Source: Intoshia linei (Eukaryota; Animalia; Orthonectida). From it: a stretch of 64,000 nucleotides of DNA. The DNA is taken from the NCBI GenBank assembly GCA_001642005.1, contig LWCA01000047.1, forward strand, positions 3,643 through 67,642. The letters run 5' to 3'. The notes below the pieces were generated by a model, which saw only the letters and a program-made list of their open reading frames with translations, had not been told where the DNA came from and did not search any database. The position numbers and the translations under genes were made by a program. Below, one piece after another: positions 24,601 to 37,082 of the stretch (position 1 is its first letter; each line of letters starts with the position of its first letter).

Positions 24601-27222
24601 ATTAATAATTGAGGCAATTGAAACTCAGCGGGAAATTGAAAGTACCAATTATGCCAAGTAAAAATTTTACTGATTTATTAATTATCTTAATAACTTTTAG
24701 AAATATTATGTGTACATTTTAATTTTAGAAGCATGATCAAAGTATTCAACCAATTTCATAATACATATAGGGAAAGTAATTAAATTATCAAATGTAAAGT
24801 ATTTAATAATTTCAGATGCATGTGTTGATAAACATAAAGAATGTCACAAATACAAGGATTATTGCAAGGATGAAGATATTTTTGGATTAAGAGAAAACTG
24901 CAAAAAAACGTGTAATTTATGTGATGAAGGTAATAAATAAAAATAATAGAGAATAAATATCATAATTTATATTAAAAACCAACCATTAGATACTAATAAG
25001 ACATTATTGGATATTATTAGTTAAAATATATTATATTATATTATACTATATTATATATACTACTAGATTGCTACGATTTTAGTACTCTATGTCTTGAGTT
25101 TAAAGAAAAATGTCACACAACAAGTTGGATTAAGGCTTATTGTAAAAAAACTTGTAATTCTTGTAATGGTAAAGTTTATTTCATACAAAAAGTTAGTCAT
25201 ACACTATTATAATAATAATTACCATATTAAAAATTCATCAAATATTGTAAAATTAACATTTAGCCAGTTGTCAAGATTACTTCGAAGAATGTAAAGGATT
25301 TAAACCCTATTGCAGTGTAACATTTAATTAAATAAAACATATAATTTCATACTCCTTGTAGCATGAATATTATGGAAAACAAATGTCAATATTATGTGCT
25401 AAATCTTGCGGTTTATGTGATAGGGGTAATTAAATATATAATTATATATTATAATGAATATCATTTACCTAACTTTATACCAATGATTCTCAGACTTTGA
25501 TACCTACGGATCCCCGGTGAAATTATAATTTTATATACTCTTTGAAACATTTACAGTTAATAAATACTCCGCACATAACTGTAGTGTAAGTGAAAAATTT
25601 TTTTCAATGGCATGGTTTGTAAAATTTTACATAATTAATTTTGTATATTTTTTAATTGGGATGCCGATAAGTAAACAATATTCAAAAATTGTATTTTGGG
25701 TAGGAATTCAGCTTGACCTTGACACAATACAAATTAAATCTTGTGACGTACTTTTTAAATGTATTTAAAAATGAATGGATTAGAATGGATTTTAAATGAA
25801 AATATTTGCAATGGCCACCTTGAACGACATTCGAAGTAAAATTTTGTTTTCACGGATTATAAGAAAAAGATTTGACATGAGTGGTTCTATCCTTCGATTA
25901 TAATTATAATTTTCATTTTTTTAATAAATAAAATATTAAATTTAGATGGTCGACCTAAATTATCTAAAATCAAAATTACAACGTTTACTACAACCACTAC
26001 AAAAGCCACTACTACTACTAAAACAACTACACCTAAACCTACAACTACAACAACTACTACACCTAAACCTACAACTACAACAACTACTACACCTAAACCT
26101 ACAACTACAACAACTACTACACCTAAACCTACAACTCAAATATATACCACATCAATTCCTAACCCATATGAAATTAACCATGATTCAGTATTTAATGAGA
26201 ATAATAATAATATTAATGGTGATCAATTATCTCAGTATGATTACATTAATGTTTCCGGTAAATTTATTCCATTGATATTGTTAAATATCCAAAAATTGTT
26301 AACGATAAATTAACGAATTAATTTTTTATTTTAGATCAATGTCGTGATGTATATGATGAATGCTCTGAAATTCAATATTATTGTAAATACGATGGGTTGA
26401 AGGATTTGTTATCTTCATATTGCAAAAAAACGTGTCTTTATTGCGTCGATCCAAGTACATTTACTTTTATTTATAATTAATACATCAGTAGTGTTATATA
26501 TTTTTCAATTTTGAGCTACCTCCCAGGGCCGTAGAGAGCGAGCAGAGAATTGTACAGAAAATTGTAGGCCCATTATAAAAATTAAAACAATTTTTGATTC
26601 CTCTATCGCATTGGTTCCCGATTGGGGTCAAAACTATCAGCCACATTTTTAAAATCCCACTTTTATCACATCAATAATAAAATTTAATGATATTTAATAG
26701 AAAATACTATTTCAAACCCTCAGGTAAAAATCGACTTTTACTGATATTTTTTTAATCCAATTTCATCAACCCTTAAGGATTCATTGAATAAATTATAGAC
26801 ATGAGCGTAATGTGGCCACAACGTAATATAGTATAACTTATAATGTTTAGGAGATAATGATTTTAAATGCATTGATTTATACACCAAATGTGATAGGTAT
26901 GAATCAAAGTTATGTAGCCATGCGTGGATGATATCAAATTGTCGTAAACGATGTAATTACTGTCCAAGTAAACCTTGAAATTTAATATTGTAACGTAAAA
27001 TTAAAAATTTAGAATACTATTTAATAATTTGATAACATTATATTATTAGAACAAACTGAGACTGAAAACGAAAATGAAAGCAATGTTTCCAAATTGCAAT
27101 ACGATACATGTACAGATATTCATGAAAATTGTGGTGAATATAAAGGATACTGCCATCACAAGGATTTGGAAATGTGGCTGAAAGAAAATTGCAAAAAAAC
27201 TTGTGAACTTTGTGATAATTAA
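12650..27222 (+). CDS. Secreted M12B (ADAMTS/MIG-17-type) zinc metalloprotease with PLAC-like module, mucin stalk and six ShKT domains
   Basis: Signal-peptide exon 12650-12704; pro-domain exons ~12761, 14168, 17040 and 19103. Catalytic exons give YLVEIVFLID..GLASVDGIC..AAHELGHS/LGAVHDG (21923-22028, 22081-22251), followed by CLLD..LPGARYTLDEQC and WCIDGEC (Cys-rich/disintegrin-like). A CC-x-SC module lies at ~24345-24485. ShKT exons at 24816, 25067, 25264+25362, 26335, 26851 and 27050; stop TAA 27220-27222. Some linker exons are uncertain. Confidence 0.85.
14272..15366 (-). mobile_element. Non-autonomous Helitron, long copy
   Basis: Hairpin end at 14272-14305 and 5' end TTATATAAGTTAGGA|T at 15366; near-identical to 8486-8820 over the first ~330 bp. 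Confidence 0.75.
15717..16151 (+). mobile_element. Non-autonomous Helitron, short copy
   Basis: A|TCCTTTACTTAC start; ends with the CTGTTTGTAC-GAA-GTACATAACAG hairpin followed by TCAAGTTG. Confidence 0.65.
16219..16877. mobile_element. Foldback hAT-like MITE with ~290-bp inverted arms
   Basis: Termini TAGGGGTG / CACCCCTA; 8-bp TSD CTGTACAT / CGGTACAT (one mismatch). The arms are reverse complements, which is why ORFs 16322-16522(+) and 16548-16763(-) translate almost identically. Confidence 0.85.
17320..18916 (-). mobile_element. Decayed long-TIR DNA transposon with transposase remnant
   Basis: 17360-17521 is the reverse complement of 18753-18916, and weaker pairing continues inward to ~17730/18540. 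The minus-strand interior reads LTDSAERALQKYKHSLNLYTKEEEIQ (~17840-17932) among stops and frameshifts. Exact termini are unclear. Confidence 0.6.
19820..20120. repeat. Dispersed ~300-bp repeat; inverted copy at ~39560-39880
   Basis: For example, ATAGAGCCTTAATATTAAATTTTCTATAATAATTTTGTAATA here has its reverse complement at ~39585-39626. Family not classified. Confidence 0.7.
22770..23081. mobile_element. hAT-type MITE (further copies at 28377-28646 inverted and ~52830-53081 partial)
   Basis: TIRs CAGGGCTCGGCAAC / GTTACCGATCCCTG; TSD ATTTAATT / CTTTAATT; internal sequence shared with the other two copies. Confidence 0.75.
23530..23880 (-). mobile_element. Possible Mutator-like (MULE) transposase remnant, SWIM-finger region
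   Basis: The minus strand reads IKCSCKNFSKKK and then, after a frameshift in an A run, CYQVFHVLY followed by a basic tail. This resembles the CxCxnCxH SWIM motif. It lies in an intron and contains stops. Confidence 0.35.
26023..26136 (+). repeat. Coding 30-bp tandem repeat encoding the mucin-like unit TTTTTTTPKP
   Basis: ACAACTACAACAACTACTACACCTAAACCT occurs as three perfect units (26041-26130) plus partial flanking units, inside exon 25946-26257. Confidence 0.95.
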
Positions 27223-27687
27223 ATATTTTGTGTATTTCAATATACACGTAGTATATGTAGTTATTCGCGATTATTATTAAAAATAACAATATATAATATA
27301 TGCAACAATATATTACTATAATGAAAATTAAATTAATATTCATGATGAATTTCAAATTGTTTCAATAACTGCAATACATTGTACTACATTTTGTAGTTTA
27401 AATAGTAATTTATCACATAATCAATTAGATGGCGAATAAGAAATACTTTAATCCTCTCAAAAAATTTTTACAACTTGCAATGAAAACATTAATCCTTAAA
27501 TTATCGCTAGGTAAATTTTCACAATATCAAATGTAGAAATAAATCTACATTTAACACGTAAAATTTAAACAGTATTATACTGTTTCGTTAATAAAATATC
27601 GTTTTATAAGAGTTATTGTTCCAAGTCTGTATAATATATATTTTAGAAAATAAATTTATATAATTTAATGTTTTAATCTATATTAAA

Positions 27688-30600
27688 ATGAAGAGTTTCA
27701 CTTTTTTGTTAGTCATATTTATACGAACGATTTTTCTAGCACACGGTTAATTTTATCATCATGTATTTATATAATATGTTTTTCCAAAACAACATATTAA
27801 TAATAATATAATGAACAATATATTTAGTATTTCATCAAGAAAATCAACTAGAATCAAATTCATTTCCAAGTTCCTTCATTTTAAAATTGAAGTTGAACAA
27901 TACATATTCTTTTGAATATACAATGAAAAAAACTGTGATTGATAATTTTCCGATTGAATTTTATAAAAGTCAAAGTCAGAAACATAATTTTTCAGATATA
28001 GTTTTTTTTAAATTTGAATTTACCTATTGTTTCTATTTTAAAATTTAGATTTATGCTCACTATGTTAGCAATAATAATGAAGCTGTTATTACTGTGCGAC
28101 TACATTTTAAAAAACATAACATTCGACAAATTGTAAGTGACATTTATATTGTCTGTTACAAAATTTCTAAAAAATTGTGTTTAATTATATTTTTAGTTTA
28201 CAAAACTTGAATCTAAAATTAATTTTTGTAGTTTGATAAAATTGGGTGTTTTTCATTAGGGTTTGATTAAAATATATTTTTCTTTATTATCTTTTATCAT
28301 AGCAGTGGGTTAAAGTACCTAAACTTTATTAATGACAAATATATTTTCCACATAATTCTGATTACAATATATGATGCAGGGTCGGCAACCAACGGCTCAC
28401 ATAATAATAGTGGTGGCCCTTTGAGTAAATATGTAAACTATTTATTTTTAAAATGTTAAACGCGATTTTAAACATTTTATACTATAATTGGCTCATTATA
28501 TATTAATAATTTTTTTTAATATGTTAGAACCATTTCTCTTTAGTTAAAATTGAAATGTAGCATTTTTAAATTTTCAGAAACGGAACCCATATAATTTTTT
28601 GGTATAAAAAAATGGGCCACAAGATTCAAAAGGTTGCCGACCCCTGAATTAAATCATCATTTGCATCAACTAAATGATGATAGAAAAATGTATAATGTAT
28701 TTACATTATTATTATAATAATCATTATCATTGTTCAATGTTGTATCATTGTTATTATTATTTTATAAGATATTGAATAGGAAGGAATTTTACTAGCAGAA
28801 AATAAAATCTATGAAATCAAACGAGATATACAAGATAGCGAAATTACAACTGAAGACGAACTGAATGTAATAACAATAAAAATACCAAAACTTACCGAAG
28901 GTAATTATCAATATATGGATATACGACACATCCATTTTGAAAATGAAATTTTTTAATCTGAACAAGATGTGATATTTTACAACTATCAAAAATATCAGTG
29001 TCGTAGTGATCCCACCTACCAGGTCGGATATACCATGAATAGTTACTACATTTTTAGCAGTGTATATGGTGTGCTACACGTTTTTTACTGTACATACATT
29101 TAAAATTAAAATTAACCGTTTAGATATCATGAAAAATTATGTTACAATAACAAATAAAATTAAAGATTTGCCCAAAAACAATTTAAATCAACCCAATTTT
29201 CGTAATGATGGGGAAAAATATAATTCGTCTCAATCTTATTTGATTGAGCTAGTATTTATATTGGATAATACAGTTTGGGATGAGTAATTTTTATTCTAAA
29301 GATCTATATTTATTACCGGCTCTAGTATATTTGGCACTATAGGTTAGAATGTTTTTATAATGCCATAATACAAATACTTTACGTTACTTAACAAAATGTT
29401 GACCTAGTGTAAAAGCCCTGCTACTCTCTGAGTTTAAGAATAACTGGTATGCACAATTACAATGTAGTGGCTGTTACCGGAAAAAAAACCGTTAAAAATT
29501 ACCGGGAAATCGTGAAAGTCTCGATTAATTTATTTTCCGAAGATTATAATTTTCACAGGTATTATGAGAAAAAAATTATATTACATTACTGTGTATAGAA
29601 TCTATTAAATATTAATTTTGATGATATCAGATAATCAATAAATTAAGGTTAACCAGATTATAGAATGAGGGTCGTAAGTCCTGATTCATGCACTATAAAG
29701 TTTACAAAACATGAAAAGTTAAGTGGGTCGTAGACGTCAGGCCTTCGACGTTTACAGTGACACACTATAAAACTAAGCTTAAATGTTTTTTGACCAAAAT
29801 GATTAAAAACTATTAATGATAATATATTCCATTCATAAATTAAATTAATTTTGCTTCTAAATTTTTTATCTGAACCTGTAGAACCCGTCTAAAAGATCAA
29901 TTTATTGAAAATTTCTGTGTTTTAAAAACTATTATAAATCTAGTAAGCATATGACCCTGATTCGTCTTATAGTAGAGCCGGTTCAGTGTAATTATAATAT
30001 GTTTAGATTTTTAAAATATGGTGATTCAGCATTAAGTGAACTCAATTATTATTTTAGTCATATATTAAATGGAGTAATATTATCATAAACAGATAAAATA
30101 AATTAATTCATAATTTCACAATTATAATATTAATTTTAATTAATCTAAATTAATTAGATTTGATTATAAATGTTAGAAATTACTCGTATAATATCTTATC
30201 TATATTTATATCAATTATAGTATTATAGTCATATATCAGCGGTTTCCAAATCTACATGCTCGGACGACTAGTCATTATAAAAAATTAATATTGTACTAAG
30301 ACCGTAAAAAGTAATGTAGTCCTAACATTTAAATAATGTTGCTCAGCAAATACCCGCTAAAGATTTAGTGTTAAATTAACAGTCCATGGTCAAAAGTTTG
30401 GGAACACCTATACCAGTGATTCCCAACCTGTGGGTGTTTACCCCCGAATGGATAATTTGATCTTTTTCATGGGTAATCGCAATTTTTTTTTATTTTTTTT
30501 GCGTCGGATTCACAGTAATGTATAAATATAATTTTTCCTAAATGATATAATAATGTAATAAATAAACATTGATTTATAAAATTTTAACATTGAAAAAGCG

Positions 30601-33600
30601 GTTATCCTCATCTCTGATGGAGAAATATCCTAAGAAGATTGTGAAGAAAATTGACATAAACATTAATATGATATCTACGTTTTTTCACACTTGGGATCCG
30701 CTAATATAACTGATTTTTATTACATTATACCACTTTGATACGATTATTTCAATTATATTATTTCAACAAAATATTTATATATTTTATAAAACGAAATGTT
30801 TAGATGAATTCAGCATTTCAATCTATAAAAATGAAAAAATGGAATTTTGAAATAAAGCTAACTCTAAATAAAATAATTATAGTAAAAGTAAGCTTACAGT
30901 ATATACTCGGGCTGCCTAGTTTTCGTGTAACTACAATATCACTATTTATCTACATAGAATATCTGATCACTAACTATTAGATTTCTGCAACACGATCTGA
31001 AATGTATTTTTCTTTTTCTTTATTTTTATGTTGATGTTCGCATTTTGACCATCCAGGGACAAGTTAAAATGTATTAAAAATATCAAGTTATTTTTATGCA
31101 TTGACCAATTTTTGTATAAATAATTTGAAATATCTAGAATTTTGATGATGCATATTGGCTGATTGATTCACTTAATAAAAATGCGACAATTAATGGTCAG
31201 AAATTGTTGGATATATTGGGTCAAATGAGAATATCGAATAGTATGGATTTATCAAAATATGATCACGTGGTAAGATTTCAGAAAATTTATTAATTGCATA
31301 AATATAATTAAAGAAAGATAATTATAGTTTCTTTACTTATTTTATGAGGATTTGTAAAATAAATATATAAATAAATGTCCTTTGTCCAGAAATTGATATA
31401 TTTTTTATAAATCTTCTTGAAAAAATATTTTACAATGAAAATTTCAAAGAGACAATCTAATAATTTTATTATCATAATAGATGTACTGGACACGATACAT
31501 TATAGAAAATGAATCAATAATTGGTATTTAATTATAATTGAATAATTATTAACATATACTAACCAGGGATTGAAAATAATTGATTGCAATCAATTATTGT
31601 GTATAAACCAATTAATTGTTTGCTAAATATTAATTTTTCAATTACTTAAAAAATGAAAAGATAATTTTCAATTAATTGGTTTTTTTCATATAACTGAAAA
31701 AATATAAATTGAATCCTTTTATTGACGAATGGTGGGATGAAAAATTAATTAATAAACAGAAAGATAATGTATTTAACTTACTAGCTTGACTTTTATGTAC
31801 TTCGAACAAACAGCATCCTAGTATTCATGGTAACCACATGACAGTTTTTTAAATTTGATTATGATATTGTTATCAATCTTAAATTAATTGAAAAATAATT
31901 TTTGAACAAACAATTGCAATTAAATTGGTTGCAATCAATTAATTCCAATCCCTGTATACTACTACTTTAAATTATTATTAAATAGGATTTTCACCAATCA
32001 GTGGAATTTGTAGCAAGGAAAAATCAATTTCATTATGCCATTATCAAGGGTTGAATTCTTGGATTATTGCTGCACACGAACTTGGACACAAGTTTTTTTA
32101 TAGTTTATATACCAAAGGACGTGGAAATGGCATTATAAACCCGTCCAATATTAGAGTATTATGGGAAGAATATTTCTTAATGGCTTATTTATTGATCCTA
32201 CAACTACAATGTTTAGTTGTGTAAACGTTTCATATAATTGGTTTAGTTCATTTACGCATATTTAAGTTATATCAATATTTAATAATATGAATATTATTAT
32301 TATAATAATAAAGGCACATTTTATATAACGAGGCCTAATGCCAGATATCCATGAATTTTATATCACATCATGTTGCAATTATAAAGATAATATATAGCTT
32401 GGGAGGCTTGCACGATGGATCCAAAGAATCTGTAATCTGTTCTGAACACGAAAATTATATTTTAACTCCATCTTACACTGATAAAATATTGAAACCAAGA
32501 AATTTGTTCAAATTTTCACATTGTTCCATCATGCAATTTAAGTATACATTGTCTGGTCAGAAAGATGGGTAATAAATGATTAAAATAAATACAAATAAAT
32601 ATAGATATCCTCGAGTCTGTCTGTTAGACGATAATTGTAGAGGCGTTTTGGAGTATACAGTTTCGACTTTACCTGGTGTTAGATATTCTCTGGATGAACA
32701 ATGCCAACAAATTACAAACGATAAAAATTCTAAGTTTTGCGTAATTAAATCATTACTATTCATTATTATCAGTATTTTTCAATTATGAATTGAAATTAGA
32801 GTAATCACATCATATAAATCAGAGTTTCCTAACCATTGGCCTGACGGAATTTTTTTTGTAGGACATTAGATGTAGATATTATATTTGGTGGGCCTGGAAA
32901 ATTTCATTATTATTATGAAAACTTTAGAATATTTTAATGTTAATTTTGTACAATACTAGCTTGACTGTTATTTACTTCGTACAAACAGCAGCTAGGTATG
33001 TCGAGGGCGACTTTTTAATTTTAAAACCGATCTTTATTATAATATTAGAATACATTCAATGGAATATGTGGAACGATATATTGTAAATCTTATCAATCAG
33101 AATGTATTAATTACAGTCCAGCTTATCAAGGCACCTATTGTTCGAAAGATAAGGTTTATATATAAGTAAAATTAAATTTCAAATTTTGAAATTTCGAGCA
33201 TCATTTAATTTAGGTTTTTTATCATTATCGGTACGTTTGTAACCATTTGGTGAATTTTATGATTAATTTAATGAAAACACCAATGATTATATCAACAATT
33301 GTATCATACAAAATTTAGTAGAAATACTCAATATTATAAAAATAAATGTAATATCACAATTTATATTGTTCAATAGAAAATGTGGTGTATCAATGGAGAG
33401 TGTATTCCCAAAATTTTTAATAATCATGGTATAATTTATATAATACATAATCAATAAACATAAATATTAATGTGGGTTGTCATAAGATGTTAGCAGGGTC
33501 CCAAAATAAATAGTATGCACTTCGTAGATTATTTTTTATTCTTTTTTTGTATTAGTCGGCATTTCCAATTAACAAAATGTTAAAATTATGTTAAAATTAT

Positions 33601-34758
33601 ATTAAAATTCAAAAAATACAAGTTAATCATAATAGAATTCTTAAATTTAAGCCATTTCATCGTGACCTCACATCTGACAAGAATGCTTCAAACATCACTG
33701 GTTAGTCAACCCAAAATTGAGAACCTCAGGTGGCATCATTTGAAAAGTCTTACTTATAAACATTGAAAATTTTAGGAATCAAAAATTTTACAAGTGTAAA
33801 CAATTATCAATGCACAAAAAAACTGATATCAACAGATTACGACTTCCAAAAGTGTAAAAACCTAGAAAATTTTAAATTTATCCTTTTGGATAACGATACA
33901 ATGCATAATGTTACTTGTGAATCCATTCCATTGCATTTTCCAGCTTTATGTTTTGATATGAATGAAATTGAAAAAAATTGTTGTTCATCGTGTCATAGGG
34001 CTGGTTTAATTAGCCCTGAATTAATAAAATGTAATCTTTTTCAATATATTATATACAATTATCATCAATGATGAATTATAATTTATCATGTATCTTCAAG
34101 TACGTCATTTTGACACATGTAAAACAAATCGGGAAAGATGGGTAATTATGAGCAATGCTCATTGAGTATTATGCAAAAAAAATTATTCATAAACCAACAG
34201 TTTACACTAATATAGTTGTGGATCCATAAAATATAAAAATTAGACAGGGAATGGTGTAATAAAATAGGTAACATGGAAATTTCTGGCCCAAGGTTTAACG
34301 TTTACAACGCACTCCACTATACATGAATGAATTTATTATAATTATAATAATTATTATTATTGTTAAACCATAATTTAACAATTCGTTCAATAAACATATA
34401 CTTTTTTAAATTTCTAGTAGTCCAGTTCGAGCTGGATGCGGCTGTTTATGTCTGTTAAATGTGTTATGTTGAAATATTCATCCTAATGTAGATTATGTTA
34501 TTTCAACAAAATCTTTATAAAATTAAAAGAGAAATATATTTTATGAACCCTTAAAATCAATAATATCAATGTAATAATAAATTATTAATATGCATTTATA
34601 CATTTACTTTTACATTTATTTGTTATAAATACATAAATAATTTAGACGAACATGAAAGAGTGGACTATATCAATGAAAATTTAAAAAAATCTGAAATTGG
34701 AAAGTCTTTCTTTTATATACCATCTGTATTAAACGTTATAAAACTCAATGAAAATTAA
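27688..34758 (+). CDS. Second secreted M12B (ADAMTS/MIG-17-type) metalloprotease, without ShKT tail
   Basis: Exon-for-exon paralogue of 12650-27222 through the Cys-rich domain: signal exon 27688-27745; YLIELVFILD; AAHELGHN/LGGLHDG (31986-32091, 32398-32568); LPGVRYSLDEQC; WCINGEC. The PLAC-like CCSSC exon is 33776-34030, and a probable last exon 34646-34758 ends in TAA (3' end less certain). Confidence 0.85.
31564..31954. mobile_element. hAT-type MITE containing a Helitron 3'-end fragment (~31780-31830)
   Basis: TIRs CAGGGATTGAAAATAATTGATTGCAA / TTGCAATCAATTAATTCCAATCCCTG; flanks TATACTAAC / TATACTAC. Confidence 0.7.
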
Positions 34759-34889
34759 ATTTTATAACATCACTGTATTTGTCATGATTAATGTCAAAAC
34801 ATTTTAAAATTTTTGAAATTTTAAACTATGTACCAATATGCGACCCTTTTAAAAACTGGTTTAGACACCTTAATATATAATTTATTCTA

Positions 34890-35450
34890 TATATCTTTGC
34901 TTATATAATATGCTTTGTAATATTTGTTTGTATGTGTGTGTGTGTTACCGTTTATTTCAATAACTACCAGTCTTAGAATTTTATAAAGTCCCTATTTCAA
35001 TTAAAGTTTTTTCTGGTGTGTTAGCAAAATAAATTTCAACCTCCCAAACTCATATCTTACTGGTCAAAAAGCCCAATTGTCCTTTTTTTGAAAATCAAAC
35101 GAGTTCGAAAATTTAAAAAAATATATACTCTGATACTGATTTTAGAATCATAAATTTAAAAAAAATTACAGGTAGTATAGTTGTATCCTATTAACACACA
35201 CACAAAATTGTTATCTGAATAAGTGATGCCTTCACTGTCAAAAAAGCATTTTAGTATTCATATTTTTTTTCCTAAATATTTTATTAAAACAAAAAATGTG
35301 AAATAATTAACGGTCCGAAAATTAAAAAAAAAGATTATTCTGATAGAGCTTATTCCAGTTGATATAAATACAAAATTTTAACCCCAGAAATCTATGCATT
35401 TCCGGTGAAAAATAATTTTTAATACATTATCAACCTATATTTTACAAATT
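34890..35450 (+). mobile_element. Non-autonomous Helitron, partial copy
   Basis: Reverse complement of 2750-3000 and 15000-15130, with a (TG)n tract at 34933-34945. Boundaries are approximate. Confidence 0.65.
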
Positions 35451-35783
35451 ATTGTTTATAGACGTTTTCAAAATATTATTTCAAATAACCGAAATTTGAA
35501 CATCGATAAAAACCACAAATACAAGCTAGAATCAAATTTTAAAAATTGAAATTTAGGGTTAAGCGTGGGTGCTGAGATCATAAAATATAAACCATGACAA
35601 CTTACAAAAAATAAAGTTAACTTTAACTTTTTCTATACTATTTTCAAAAGATATTTAAAATGATGAGCGCAACTCGAATCGGCATCTTTGCAACACCCCA
35701 TTCTAGATTATTTTATATATCATGATAATATACCATTTCCGCACTAATCGTCCTTAATTATTTGATGGATGTGACACCCTAAT

Positions 35784-36432
35784 CAAAGCCGTTTTAAGGC
35801 ATGGGCAATATGGGCTGTAATCCAGGGCCCCTCATTAAAACAGGCCCCCAAATTAATAAAAGTACTTTACATTTATATCTTAAAAAGAGGCCCCAATTTA
35901 TTAAAAAATACTTCACAATTATATCTTAAGAATCAGTTTATAAGTTTATTGAAGTTTAAACTTTTTCTAAACTAAAAATAATTAAGAATGAACTTCGAAA
36001 TTGCTTAGCTCAACCTCGTTTGAATGCGCTCTCCTTAATGTCAATTGAGAATGATATCAGTTTTGATAATATCATATCTGATTTCTCTCAAAAAAAAGTA
36101 AGAAAACAACATTTGTGAAGAATTGTCAAGAATTTTTTGTGAGTGCATGGTGCGTATTTTCAAATGAAAAAATAAACTTTGTTCATTAATTAATGTAAGT
36201 AGGTTTTTGTAAAAGAAATAAAAGTTACTAGAAACCCACATAATATATTTTAATGCTTTTATTAATACTCAATGAAATAAACCTCTAAGTCTCCAACCAA
36301 CAGTATGCCCTGTCTTCTAAACAGAAGACCTAAATTTTTTTTATCGCTTCGCTCGAAATTTTAAAGGGCCCGGCCCTTATTTGCTGCCCAATTAATTATT
36401 TTGCCTACGGGCCGCCACTGCACCTAAGGCTA
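35784..36432 (+). mobile_element. hAT (ZMYM1/Tip100-like) deletion derivative retaining the transposase dimerisation domain
   Basis: 35960-36118 reads TFSKLKIIKNELRNCLAQPRLNALSLMSIENDISFDNIISDFSQKKVRK, a typical hAT C-terminus. The end CAAAGCCGTTTTAAG matches the related inverted copy at 50118-50727. Confidence 0.8.
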
Positions 36433-37082
36433 TTGCATAATTTGCATGTAATAAAAATAATTTTTAGACAATTTATTTTAACAAAGTACTTTTGGATTAC
36501 CAATCTTTCCACGAATCATTGGTTCAATTTAATTTAAATATTATAGAAATTTAAATGTTAAAGTACTATCAATCCTATTCTATGCACTATCCTATTTAAA
36601 CCCAGACAGTTCACAATAGTTCAAATATTACATAAATGTAAGAAAAATCGTTACGTCATCAATGCATTGTAAATTACAATTTGTAATAATGGAAATATCA
36701 CAAGCCCATTTTAAGAAAGGTTAATTACATATTTTTCATTCGAAATGTATAAGCCTAATAATTATAACACATATTTTATAAGGCTATTAAAGTAAAAAAA
36801 TAATATAATTATCACGATTATAATGACCCATGTGATAGAATTTCGGCTAAAAACGATGATATAAAATTACCAGTTGTTTATCAATCAAATCTACTAAATT
36901 TGATACTACAATATGTATCAATACAGTAAAGGATAATCAATTTTAGACTTATATAAATAAGGTTAAATAACTGAATTATCGTTATAATCGTATTGGAATT
37001 TAAAGTAACAAGTGAATTTGAATCTAGTTTTATTGTATTTTGATTATTTCAGACTTTTATTGAATAAAATTGAAAAATTTAA

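Noticed and set aside
25946-26275. ORF-track protein with LHLNLQLQQL repeats
   Set aside because: Wrong frame; splice phase and flanking ShKT exons give the Thr/Pro mucin reading.
29873-29890. miR-10-like AACCTGTAGAACCCG in a Hox-bearing window
   Set aside because: Seed mismatch, no star arm, and it lies within a TIR-like repeat in a protease intron.
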